Below are positions 30,162 through 39,687 of a stretch of DNA of 64,000 nucleotides, in pieces; within the stretch, counting starts at the first letter, position 1, and the number at the start of each line of letters is the position of its first letter. Source of the DNA: Polyangiales bacterium (lineage in GTDB: Bacteria; Myxococcota_A; Polyangia; Polyangiales; Ga0077539); the NCBI GenBank assembly GCA_044229975.1, contig JBGARZ010000011.1, positions 160,001-224,000 of the forward strand. Reading direction: 5' to 3'. The position numbers and the translations under genes were made by a program. The notes under the pieces were generated by a model. It was not told the origin of the DNA. It worked only from the letters and a program-made list of their open reading frames with translations, and did no database searches.

Positions 30162-31556
30162 ATGCCCCCTCGTTGGACCGCGCTGGCGCTCGCCCTGGCC
30201 CTCTGCTCCAGCGCGGCGCAGGCGCAGTCCCCGCGCTGGCCCGAGCGGGCGTACGGGCAGGCGATTCCGATGGACGGGGTACGACCCACGGGCGAAGCGG
30301 GTGTGCTGCGCTCGTGGCGGGCGCCCGTCGACGTGCACGTGATGCCGGGCGTCGACGCGGCGACGGCGCAGGCGGTGCTCGCGGACGCCGAGGCGGTGAT
30401 GGACGGGTTGGAGCGCGTAGGGGTCGCGCTGCCGCTGCCTGACGGCAACCGCGGGGGGACGCCGTCGTTCGACCTGTACCTCGACCCGTACATGATCGCC
30501 TCGGGTCACGGTCCGATCGAAGTAGCCGAGACGTCCGGGGAGCTGCGGACGGAGGTCGACGCGTTGTCCTACGGCGGGATGTGGGACCGGGCGACTGCGT
30601 TCGCGGTGATACCCGTCGCGGCTGACCGGGCGGTGCAGCGCCGCGCGGTGGCGCAGGCGATCGCGGAGGCGTGCGTCTACGGCGCGAAGGCTGACCACCC
30701 CATCGGGTTCGTGCGGGCGATGGGCGCGAGCCTCGCGCGGCGGGCGACGGGTCTGCCGCTCGACCCCGACGACGTGCGCGAGTTCCAGCGTGAGCCGACG
30801 CGTGCGTGGTGGTCGGACGACACGCGCTCGCCCTCGGCGCAGCGTGGCGCGGCGGTGGTGCTCGACGCGATGGCGGCGCGCTGGGACAACGATCGCGCGA
30901 GCTTCCTGCGCGGCTTGATGGAGGCGCCCGTACAGCGCACGCCCCCCGGCTGGGCCCGCCTCTGGAACGAACCCGACGTGATGGAGGTCCTCCGCCGGGT
31001 GACGCGCGACGAGCCGCGTGGCTTCTGGGGGGGATTGCTGACGGCCGCGAGCGCCCGCTCCCTGGTGGGCACGCCCGGTGACGTCGGTGACGTCGGTGGT
31101 GGCGGGCTCGATGCGTCGCTGGCTGCGCTCCCGGCGCGGGTGGTGCGCTGGGGCGAGCTGCCGGCGTGGACGCTGGTGACGGGCATCGCGCCCACGGGGA
31201 GCGCGTCGATGGAGGTGACGCTCGGTGATGCGCCGGTGCAGACGGCCGTCGCGGTGTGGGTGCACGCGTCGCCGTACCACCGGTGGATGGCCTCGGTGCT
31301 GCGCGTCGCCAACGACGGCCACGTCATCGGGAGCATCGACTCGGAGCTCATCACCGACGGCGAGTGGTCGGCGCGGGTGGATGCGTTGGAGGATGTTCGG
31401 CGGCTGGTGGTGGTGGTGGTGAGCGCGGGCGACGGGGAGCTCGACCCCGATGGAGCGCCCGTGCGCGACGGCTGGGTGGCGATGAACGTCGGGGTGTCGT
31501 CAGCCGGCGGAGCCGGTGGTCAGCCGACGCGCGAGGGCCACCAGGCGGTCCACTGA
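30162..31556 (+). CDS. Secreted protein resembling a degenerate metallopeptidase
   Basis: Signal peptide; LPDGNRGGTPSFDLYL motif, but AQAIAEA where HExxH would be expected. Confidence 0.7.
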   Translation: MPPRWTALALALALCSSAAQAQSPRWPERAYGQAIPMDGVRPTGEAGVLRSWRAPVDVHVMPGVDAATAQAVLADAEAVMDGLERVGVALPLPDGNRGGTPSFDLYLDPYMIASGHGPIEVAETSGELRTEVDALSYGGMWDRATAFAVIPVAADRAVQRRAVAQAIAEACVYGAKADHPIGFVRAMGASLARRATGLPLDPDDVREFQREPTRAWWSDDTRSPSAQRGAAVVLDAMAARWDNDRASFLRGLMEAPVQRTPPGWARLWNEPDVMEVLRRVTRDEPRGFWGGLLTAASARSLVGTPGDVGDVGGGGLDASLAALPARVVRWGELPAWTLVTGIAPTGSASMEVTLGDAPVQTAVAVWVHASPYHRWMASVLRVANDGHVIGSIDSELITDGEWSARVDALEDVRRLVVVVVSAGDGELDPDGAPVRDGWVAMNVGVSSAGGAGGQPTREGHQAVH

Positions 31557-32156
31557 GGGGTCGGGGGACGTGCCGCAGGGGGTGTTCCAGGTGACGGCGC
31601 GGGCGCCGACGGTGACGCGCTCGGCGTGCGTCGGTAGCGCCATGCAGTTGACCATCGGCGGAGGCGCGTTGCGCACGCGGGTGCGGGCGATGGCGCTGCG
31701 GAGCGACGTCATCTGCGCCGGGCGGAGGCGCCCCGGGCGCCCACCAGCGACCCAGGTGCCGTTGTTGAAGATGACGAGCTCGCGGGACCATCGCTGGATC
31801 TGGCGACGCCCGATGCCGATGGGGCCACGCGAGAGCTCGAAGAGCACCGGGCCCGTCGGGACGGGTGTCTCCTGGGGCATCTGCTGCTCGAAGGGACCGA
31901 CGTGCGGCGGAGCGCCGTAGCCCGCGGCGGGGGCGTGCTCCATCCCGATGCGGGGGTGGTCGGCCGGGTTGATCTGCGCCTCGGCCCGTTGGGTCGCCGC
32001 GAGGGCGAGCGCGGCGGCGATGACCGCGGTGTGCAACGCGCCGGGTCGGGCGCTGGGCATCGTCGCTCCAACCGAAGCGCCGCAGAACGGGCACGCGGAC
32101 TCCGACGAGCGGTGATGTCGATGGCAACCTGCGCAGACGATGAGGGCTTCGGTCAT
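31500..32156 (-). CDS. Hypothetical protein with N-terminal Zn-ribbon and TM/signal helix
   Basis: CAGCHRH...CPFCG followed by a hydrophobic helix. Confidence 0.8.
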   Translation of the reverse strand: MTEALIVCAGCHRHHRSSESACPFCGASVGATMPSARPGALHTAVIAAALALAATQRAEAQINPADHPRIGMEHAPAAGYGAPPHVGPFEQQMPQETPVPTGPVLFELSRGPIGIGRRQIQRWSRELVIFNNGTWVAGGRPGRLRPAQMTSLRSAIARTRVRNAPPPMVNCMALPTHAERVTVGARAVTWNTPCGTSPDPSVDRLVALARRLTTGSAG

Positions 32157-32257
32157 GGCGGCACTCCTGATTACCCCATCGACGGCCGACGGAGGCGTTT
32201 GTTCAGAGCAGCGAGCGCGAGGGCATCGAGCGGTTCAAACCGAGAGAGAAAAGAGAG

Positions 32258-32420
32258 GCCGCCAGGGCGCAAGGGTCGCAAGGAAGAAGGATCCTCACAG
32301 CAAGCAGCGCCCTGAACTTGTGAGGCCGCAGAAGCGGCGAGGTCCCCGACGGAGCCTGAACCATCCGCGCGTCTGGCCACTCATCCTGCCTTTCCCTTGC
32401 GACCCTTGCGCCCTGGCGGC
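32258..32420. repeat. REPIN-like element, CGCAAGG family copy 1
   Basis: Perfect 26-bp IR gccgccagggcgcaagggtcgcaagg at 32258-32283 and 32395-32420. Confidence 0.88.
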
Positions 32421-32443
32421 TTCGCTCTCGAATTGATCCCCCG

Positions 32444-33796
32444 TCACCCCGCGATCGCCTCCTGCAACGCGTCGCGCGTGATCCACGCCAGCCGCTCCGC
32501 CGTCGGCGTCAGCGTTCCACGGCGCAGCGCCTTGCCGTCCACCTGCCACGACACGGTCACGCCCACCCTCCCCGGTGATCGCGTGACCTTCGCCGCCCGC
32601 GGCGACTTCCCGTCGAGCAGCACCTGCCAGCCCGCGTGGCCCGCCAGCGCGCCCTCCGCCAACGATCGCCACAGCGTCACGTGCGCCGTCCGCGGCGCCT
32701 TCCCGCAGAGCACAGCCAACGCATCACCGTCCCCCGTGTACGCCGCGCTCGCGCCGAGCACGGCGTTGGCGTCGAGGGCCAGCGGGTCCTTCGTCGGCGT
32801 GAGACCCGATCCCAGGTCGATGGTCTGCACCGCGCCGCGCCACTTGCCGCCGACCGACTGCCGGCCCGCCAGCACCGCATGCTCCCGGTCGGGATGAACG
32901 TCCACCGTCGCCGCCCCACCGAGCCAGCCCGGGTCGGTCACCTCTTCGTGCGGCGGACGCGAGTCGAACAACACCGCCCCCCGCGACACATCGGCGAGCG
33001 CGACGTCGCCGCGATCCTTCACCGTGCGCGCCCCCGACACCGATTGCAGCAGCAGCCGCGACGGGTCGGTGAAGACCAGCGCGTCGACGTCGCGACCCAC
33101 CGCGCACACCTTGCGGGGAGTGCCGTCGGGCCACGGCTGCAACCACAGCGTCCCGGCGTTGGCGCGCGCGGTCCCGTCGGGCGATGGGCTGCTCAACCAC
33201 ACCGCGATGTCCTCGCCGTCGGGCGAGAGCGTCGCCGCCGCGGCGCGTACATGCGGCAGGCGCGGCAACGCCGTCCACAGGTCGGGCTTGATGTTCGCGA
33301 CCACCTCCAGCTCTGGCAGCGACAGAAGGAAACCCGTTCGCTGCCGAACGTTCTCCCGCAATCCCCCCGTCCACGCCGCGGGCGTAAGCATCACGCGCTC
33401 GGCGCACAGATCGGGGTGACGCGTCGCGCTCATCGACACCCGCACGCGCACCCGCGGCATCCCCCGCAACATCGTCGTCCCCAGCACGCCGCCATCGGGC
33501 ACGGCGTGCAGCACCGCCCTCGCCCCCACCAGCTCCTGCGATCGAACGATCAACAGATGCTCGCTCGACGGCCACGCCAGCGAGAGCACCTCGTGCCCGC
33601 GGATGGTCAGCGCCTCGCGGCCGTCCTCGTGGTCGTACACGCGCACCGCCGAGAAGCCTTCGATGTCCACCGGGTCGGAGGTCGCCAGCCAGCGCCCGTC
33701 CGGGCTCCACGACCAGTGCGTCACCTCGCGCTGCAACACCCGAAGCCCCGGCACCGGGCCGTCTACGATCGCAAGCTCGCTCATCGCGCGCAGCAT
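32444..33796 (-). CDS. WD40/beta-propeller-like hypothetical protein
   Basis: WSWSPDGRWLA, LSPDGEDIAV and DVHPDREH blade motifs. Confidence 0.75.
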   Translation of the reverse strand: MLRAMSELAIVDGPVPGLRVLQREVTHWSWSPDGRWLATSDPVDIEGFSAVRVYDHEDGREALTIRGHEVLSLAWPSSEHLLIVRSQELVGARAVLHAVPDGGVLGTTMLRGMPRVRVRVSMSATRHPDLCAERVMLTPAAWTGGLRENVRQRTGFLLSLPELEVVANIKPDLWTALPRLPHVRAAAATLSPDGEDIAVWLSSPSPDGTARANAGTLWLQPWPDGTPRKVCAVGRDVDALVFTDPSRLLLQSVSGARTVKDRGDVALADVSRGAVLFDSRPPHEEVTDPGWLGGAATVDVHPDREHAVLAGRQSVGGKWRGAVQTIDLGSGLTPTKDPLALDANAVLGASAAYTGDGDALAVLCGKAPRTAHVTLWRSLAEGALAGHAGWQVLLDGKSPRAAKVTRSPGRVGVTVSWQVDGKALRRGTLTPTAERLAWITRDALQEAIAG

Positions 33797-33889
33797 ACGG
33801 CGCCCCGCGGCCTCGACGACACCGGGACATATCCTGTCCACCAACGAATGGACCTCACCGCGCGCGCGAACTAGAACCGCCAACGTCAT

Positions 33890-36223
33890 ATGGGTCTCAA
33901 CCAACCCGAGCTGTTCGCCCCCGCGCCGCAGTCTGTTCCGGCGATGTTCGTCGAGGTGGCCGTCCCGCTGCCGCTGCGCAACGGGCTGACCTACGCGGTT
34001 CCGCCAGGGCTGGAGCACCACATCGCGCCGGGCGTGCGGGTGGTGGTGCCGGTCAGCGGCCAGCGCGTGGTGGGCTATGTGCTCGCGGTGTCGAAGACGG
34101 CACCCGCGGACATCGACCCGGTGAAGCTGCGGCCGATCTTCCACCTGCTCGAAGCCGAGCCGGTGTTTCCCGAAGACCTGTTGAAGTTTCTGCGCGAGGC
34201 GGCCGACTACTACCTGCACCCCATCGGCGAGGTGCTGCGCACGGCGGCGCCCGCGGTCGAGCGGCGGCGCGGTGATGGTGAAGACCCGCGCGGGACGGGC
34301 CCCTTGAAGGCGTCGCTGAAGGCGCGCTGGGCGAAGGTTCGCGAGGAGACCTTCGTGGCGCTCACGCCCGAGATCGTGGCCGCGAAGCCGAAGCTGCGGG
34401 GCGATCGGCAGGCGCAGGTGGTGGCCATCCTCGAAGCGCGCGGCGAGGTCTCGATGGCCGAGCTCCGCCAGCAGGTGAAGGGCGCGCGCGCGGCGGTGGA
34501 GTCGCTCAAGACGAAGGGCGCGGTGGCGCTCACGCTGCGGGAGATTCCAGACGATCCGTTCTTCGGGGCGCCAGTGCCGAGGGATGTTCCGCCGACGCTG
34601 AGCGCGGCGCAGGCCGACGCGGTGACGGCCATCGTGGGGGCGGTGACGCGGCACGAGCGGGCGACGTTCATGCTGCATGGCGTGACGGGCTCGGGGAAGA
34701 CCGAGGTGTACCTGCACGCCATCGAGTCGGCGCAGAAGGCCGGGCGCGGGGCGTTGTTGTTGTTGCCCGAGATCGCGCTCACGCCGCAGCTCGTGGCCCG
34801 CTACCGCGCGCGCTTCGGCGACAACCTCGCGGTCATGCACTCGGGCCTCAAGGATCAAGACCGCCACGCCATGTGGCGCAAGCTGCACCAGGGCGAGTGC
34901 TCGGTGGTGATCGGGGCGCGCAGCGCGGTGTTTGCGCCCATCCACGACCTCGGGCTCATCGTGGTGGATGAAGAGCACGACGGGTCGTTCAAGCAGGACG
35001 ATCACTTCCGCTATCACGGGCGCGACCTGGCGCTCTTGCGGGCTCATCGGCTGGGCGTGCCGTGCGTGCTGGGCAGTGCGACGCCGTCGGTGGAGAGCTA
35101 CCAGGCGGCGATGGAGGGTCGCTACCAGCTATTGCACCTGCCCGATCGGCCCACGGTGGCGCTGCTGCCGTCGGTGGAGATCGTCGACCTGAAGCGCGTG
35201 GGTCCGCGCGGCCCGACGGGGCACGAGCTCTTGTCGCTGCCGATGGTGCGCGCCATCGACGCGACGCTGAAGCGCAAGGAGCAGGTGATTCTCTTCCTCA
35301 ACCGTCGCGGCTTTGCGCCGACGGTTCGGTGCGTGCGGTGCGACGCGGCGATGGAGTGCCCGTCGTGCAGCGTGGCGCTGGTGCTACACCGCCGCGAGGG
35401 GTCGCTGCGCTGCCACTATTGCGACTTCAAGGTTCCGTTCACGGGGGCGTGCATCAAGTGCGCGTGCACCGAGATCAACCTGTTGGGTGTCGGAACGGAG
35501 AAGCTGGAGCGGGCGATCATCGACTCGTTTCCATCGGCGCGCATCGGTCGATTGGACCGTGACGTGGCGAGCGGCATGGGCACCGAGGCGGTGCTGGAGA
35601 AGCTGCGCACGGGCGAGCTCGACGTGCTGGTCGGGACGCAGATGGTCACCAAGGGGCACGACATGCCGAGAGTGACGCTGGTGGGTGTCATCACGGCCGA
35701 CGCGGCGCTGGCGTTTCCGGACTTCCGCTCGGCGGAGCGGACGTTTCAGTTGCTGGCGCAGGTGGCCGGTCGCGCGGGGCGGAGGGACCTCAAGGGCCAT
35801 GTGGTGATCCAGTCGTATCAGCCCGACCACCCGGTGTTGCAGCACGCGAGGGCGCACGACTACGAGGGCTTCTTCCACGAGGAGATCGCGGCGCGGCGCG
35901 AGCTGGGTTACCCGCCGTTCGGAAGGCTCGCGGCGGTGAAGATGGACGGGCCCGACGAGGAGAAGCTGCAGGAGATGGCGCGGCGGCTGGACGGGTTCCT
36001 GCGGTCGACGCCGGAGGTGCTGTCGGGGAAGGTGAAGGTGCTGGGCCCGGCGCCGTCGCCCATCGAGCGGCTGCGCGGGCGGTGGCGGATGCAGTCGCTG
36101 CTGCGCTGCCCCGAGCGGCCGGCGCTGCGGCGTGTGCTGCTGCACCTGATCGACGGGATGGAGACGTTTACGAGGGATGGTATCCGCGTAGCCGTCGACG
36201 TCGACCCGGTGCAGATGCTGTAG
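33890..36223 (+). CDS. priA: Primosomal protein N' helicase
   Basis: GVTGSGKTEVY, PEIALTPQ, VDEEHD, GSATPS, four CxxC, QVAGRAGR, DVDP. Confidence 0.98.
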   Translation: MGLNQPELFAPAPQSVPAMFVEVAVPLPLRNGLTYAVPPGLEHHIAPGVRVVVPVSGQRVVGYVLAVSKTAPADIDPVKLRPIFHLLEAEPVFPEDLLKFLREAADYYLHPIGEVLRTAAPAVERRRGDGEDPRGTGPLKASLKARWAKVREETFVALTPEIVAAKPKLRGDRQAQVVAILEARGEVSMAELRQQVKGARAAVESLKTKGAVALTLREIPDDPFFGAPVPRDVPPTLSAAQADAVTAIVGAVTRHERATFMLHGVTGSGKTEVYLHAIESAQKAGRGALLLLPEIALTPQLVARYRARFGDNLAVMHSGLKDQDRHAMWRKLHQGECSVVIGARSAVFAPIHDLGLIVVDEEHDGSFKQDDHFRYHGRDLALLRAHRLGVPCVLGSATPSVESYQAAMEGRYQLLHLPDRPTVALLPSVEIVDLKRVGPRGPTGHELLSLPMVRAIDATLKRKEQVILFLNRRGFAPTVRCVRCDAAMECPSCSVALVLHRREGSLRCHYCDFKVPFTGACIKCACTEINLLGVGTEKLERAIIDSFPSARIGRLDRDVASGMGTEAVLEKLRTGELDVLVGTQMVTKGHDMPRVTLVGVITADAALAFPDFRSAERTFQLLAQVAGRAGRRDLKGHVVIQSYQPDHPVLQHARAHDYEGFFHEEIAARRELGYPPFGRLAAVKMDGPDEEKLQEMARRLDGFLRSTPEVLSGKVKVLGPAPSPIERLRGRWRMQSLLRCPERPALRRVLLHLIDGMETFTRDGIRVAVDVDPVQML

Positions 36224-36267
36224 GCACCGGGCTGGTCACCCACTGTCCACGGCGTTACACGGAGGCC

Positions 36268-37416
36268 TTGCACCCCACGTCGCCTCCTGAAGACCGCGCC
36301 TCCATTCCACCGCGCCCGGTCGAGCATCGTGTGCTCGCGCTCGCGGCCTTCGCGCTCTTCGCCGGCGTCGTGCTCGCGACCGTGGGGCGCATCCTGCTGC
36401 CCTACTTCGCGCCCATCCTCCTCGCGGGGATGATCGTCTCCGTCACCCACAAGCGCTACGAGCAGCTCACCGCACGCCTCAAGGGCCGCCGCGAACTCGC
36501 CGCCGCCCTCATGCTCACCGGCATCGTCCTGCTGGTCATCGTTCCGCTGGTGTTGATGTCGCTGCTGCTCATCCAGCAGGCGTCGTCGCTCGTCGAGGCC
36601 ATGCGCGACGTCGACGTCCGCGGCATCAACGACGACCCGCGCGTCGTGCGCCTCCTGGGCATGGTCCAGCGCTATGTCCCGGGCGTCACACCAGGCTCCA
36701 TCAACCCGCAGGCGATGCTCGTCGGCGCGGTGCGCGCGCTGCCCGGGCTCGTCGCCACGTCGGGTGGGCGCCTTCTCGGCGGCGTCGCCAGCCTCGCCTT
36801 CGGCTTCCTCGCGATGCTGCTGTTGACCTTCTATTTCTACACCGAGGGCGACCGCCTCGCCGACGAGGTCGCCTCGCTCTCGCCGCTGCCTGCGTCGTCC
36901 AATCGCGAGATCGCCGCCACCTTCCGTGATGTCGTCGACAGCACCTTCCGCGGACAGCTCGTCACCTCGCTCTCGCAGGGCTTCGCCACCGCCGTCGGCC
37001 TCTGGATCACCGGCGTCCCCAGCGCGGCCTTCTGGGGCGCCGTCGCGTCGCTCTTCGCGCTCATCCCCCTCGTCGGACCGGCCATCGTCTGGGGCCCCGC
37101 GACGGCGTACCTCTTCTTCCGCACCAACCACGGCGGACCGCTCTGGAAGCCCATCGTGATGCTCGTCTGGGGCCTCGTCGTCGTGTCGCTCATCGACAAC
37201 GTCGTGCGCCCGCTGGTCATGAGCGGCGGAACCAAGCTCTCCGCCATCGTCCTCTTCTTCGCCATCATCGGCGGTCTCCAGGCCTTCGGGTTCATCGGAC
37301 TGCTGCTCGGTCCGCTGGTGTTCGCGCTGCTCGTGACGGTGGTGCATCTCTACAAGCGCCTCGTGCTGGGCCGCTCCACGGCGCGATCGTCGCTCGCCGA
37401 GACGAAGCCCGAGTAG
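36268..37416 (+). CDS. AI-2E family transporter
   Basis: FALIPLVG, IDNVVRP, GGLQAFGFIGLLLGP; start uncertain. Confidence 0.9.
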   Translation: MHPTSPPEDRASIPPRPVEHRVLALAAFALFAGVVLATVGRILLPYFAPILLAGMIVSVTHKRYEQLTARLKGRRELAAALMLTGIVLLVIVPLVLMSLLLIQQASSLVEAMRDVDVRGINDDPRVVRLLGMVQRYVPGVTPGSINPQAMLVGAVRALPGLVATSGGRLLGGVASLAFGFLAMLLLTFYFYTEGDRLADEVASLSPLPASSNREIAATFRDVVDSTFRGQLVTSLSQGFATAVGLWITGVPSAAFWGAVASLFALIPLVGPAIVWGPATAYLFFRTNHGGPLWKPIVMLVWGLVVVSLIDNVVRPLVMSGGTKLSAIVLFFAIIGGLQAFGFIGLLLGPLVFALLVTVVHLYKRLVLGRSTARSSLAETKPE

Positions 37417-37462
37417 CGCGGTCTCTTCGTGCTGCGCGGGGCGTTGGGCTATACGTCGGGCC

Positions 37463-38764
37463 GTGCGGTCGGCGCGGCGTTGGATGTGTGCGGTGGTGCT
37501 GCTCGGCGCGTCCCTCGGGTGCGCGGGCGCGGCGTCCCCCATCCGCGCGGCGGCCCGTCAGGGAGACATCCCGACGGCGCTGCGGCTCTACCAGGAGTAC
37601 ACGGAGACCCGCGGGCTCGGCGACGCCGACCTGCTCGCCGAGGTCGCGCAGCAGGTGCTCCGCAACGCCGCCGCGAGCGCGGACGCCCCCACACGATCGG
37701 CGGGCTTCTCGGCCATCGCGGGCCTCGGTAGCCGCGGCCGCGACCTCCTCGAAGACCTCGCCGAGCAGCCCAACGTCGTCGGTGACCGCGCCGCCGCCGC
37801 GCTCTACGAGCTCAACGGGCGCTCCGGAAACCCGCCGCCCCGCCTCGCCGCCGCCCTGCGCAGCCGCGACCGCGAGCGCCGCGTCGCTGCGATGGTGACG
37901 CTGCGCGGACCGACCGGCGCACGACGACTGATGCGCTGGTTGCGCCGCGGCGAGCCGCTGCTGCGGGCGGCGTCGGCGCGCGCGCTCTCGCGGTGGCGCG
38001 ACGACGCGGCCGTGACCGAGGCGCTGGTGACCGCCCTCCATGATGACGCCGAGGGGAGCGTTCGCGCGGCGGCCGCGATGGCCCTCGGAGGCCGCGGTGA
38101 GGACGTCGCCGAGGTGCTGCTCGCGGCGCTCGAAGACCGCGATCCGCTGGTGCGGATGAGCGTTCCGTCGGCGGTGATGGCGGCGTCGCCGACGCGGGGG
38201 CGCGAGGCGCTCGCCGAGCTGCTGACGGAGACCCCGACGCCGCTGTCGGTGGAGGCCGCGCGCGTGCTGGTGTCGCGCGCCGATGCGCGGGGCGACGCGT
38301 ACCTGCTGCGGGTGCTCACCTCGGGCGCGCGGCGCGAGCTGCGGGCGCAGGCGGCGGTGGGCGCGGTCGGCATGGCGACGCGTCAGTCCGAGGCGCTGCA
38401 ACGGCTCTTGCGCGACGACGACCACGAGGTGGCGCTGCGGGTGGCGTCGGCGCTCGCGCGGCAGGAGTCGACCCGCCAGGAGGCCCTCGCGGCGCTGCGG
38501 CCGATGGCGCGATTGCCCGACGGGTTCGTGGCCATCCGGGCACTCGCGGCGCTGGCGCAGTACGGCGACGCGACGGCGGCCGACCCCATCCGCGAGGCCC
38601 TCGACGCGCCCGACGCGACGGTGCGGAGACTCGCCGTGCTGGCCTGGAGCGACGCCACGGGAGCGAGCGGCGACTGCGACCCGCTGGGCCCGCGGCTGCG
38701 GGACGACGACCGCTCCGTGGCGCTCCTTGCAGCAGTGGAGATCATCCTCGTCGCAGCGCGTTGA
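37463..38764 (+). CDS. HEAT-repeat lipoprotein
   Basis: SLGC lipobox; LHDDAEGSVRAAAAMALG-type repeats. Confidence 0.85.
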   Translation: MRSARRWMCAVVLLGASLGCAGAASPIRAAARQGDIPTALRLYQEYTETRGLGDADLLAEVAQQVLRNAAASADAPTRSAGFSAIAGLGSRGRDLLEDLAEQPNVVGDRAAAALYELNGRSGNPPPRLAAALRSRDRERRVAAMVTLRGPTGARRLMRWLRRGEPLLRAASARALSRWRDDAAVTEALVTALHDDAEGSVRAAAAMALGGRGEDVAEVLLAALEDRDPLVRMSVPSAVMAASPTRGREALAELLTETPTPLSVEAARVLVSRADARGDAYLLRVLTSGARRELRAQAAVGAVGMATRQSEALQRLLRDDDHEVALRVASALARQESTRQEALAALRPMARLPDGFVAIRALAALAQYGDATAADPIREALDAPDATVRRLAVLAWSDATGASGDCDPLGPRLRDDDRSVALLAAVEIILVAAR

Positions 38765-38930
38765 TGGCGTCACGGCGCGTCATCATTTCGACGCGATTTC
38801 TTCGCTTGGCAGCTATTGACGTCCCTCTACTCGGGTGACATATGGCTCCAGTATACTGAAACCGCGAGGGTTGATGCGTCGGCTATGGGTGGCCGGTGTG
38901 ACCTCGTGATCGGTGACGGAGTCGACGTCC

Positions 38931-39569
38931 ATGAGCCTCACGCTTGGCAGCATCGCACCGGATTTCGAGCAGCAGTCCACGGCCGGCACCATCAAGTTTC
39001 ACGAGTGGGCTGGGAAGTCGTGGGTGATTCTCTTCTCGCACCCGAAGGACTTCACGCCGGTGTGCACCACCGAGCTGGGTTACGTCGCGCGCATCAAGCC
39101 CGACCTCGACAAGCGCAACGTGAAGGCCATCGCGCTCAGCGTGGACGACGTCGACTCGCACCACCGTTGGGCCGGTGACATCGAGGAGACGCAGGGCACG
39201 GCGCTCAACTTCCCGGTGCTGGCCGACGCCGACCGGAAGGTCGCGACGCTCTACGGGATGATCCACCCGCAGGCGAGCGACACGCTCACGGTGCGCTCGG
39301 TGTTCGTCATCGACCCCAACAAGAAGATCCGCGCGACGCTCACCTACCCGGCGAGCACGGGGCGCAACTTCGACGAGATCCTGCGGCTGGTCGACTCGCT
39401 CCAGCTCACCGACAGCCACTCCGTCGCGACGCCCGCCAACTGGAAGGACGGCGAGGACGTGGTGATCGTCCCGTCGATCCAGGACCCGGCGGTGATCGCG
39501 GAGAAGTTCCCCAAGGGCTTCAAGGCCGTGAAGCCGTACCTCCGGCTCACCCCGCAGCCCAACCGCTGA
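38931..39569 (+). CDS. 1-Cys peroxiredoxin (Prx6 family)
   Basis: SHPKDFTPVCTTELG, TGRNFDEILR, VATPANW. Confidence 0.96.
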   Translation: MSLTLGSIAPDFEQQSTAGTIKFHEWAGKSWVILFSHPKDFTPVCTTELGYVARIKPDLDKRNVKAIALSVDDVDSHHRWAGDIEETQGTALNFPVLADADRKVATLYGMIHPQASDTLTVRSVFVIDPNKKIRATLTYPASTGRNFDEILRLVDSLQLTDSHSVATPANWKDGEDVVIVPSIQDPAVIAEKFPKGFKAVKPYLRLTPQPNR

Positions 39570-39687
39570 TCGCACGACGCCGCGGCCGCCGCGGCCGGGA
39601 CGACGACTACACCCGCTTGCGCGCGCCCCACTGCGAGGCGCCGAGCCGTGGTCGCCGTCCCGACCGCCGCGACGCGGACCCACCGCT

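Noticed and set aside
5097..31556. 3' overlaps of convergent genes (5097-5134, 25539-25603, 31500-31556)
   Set aside because: Short overlaps of low-complexity tails are common in GC-rich genomes; no evidence of function.
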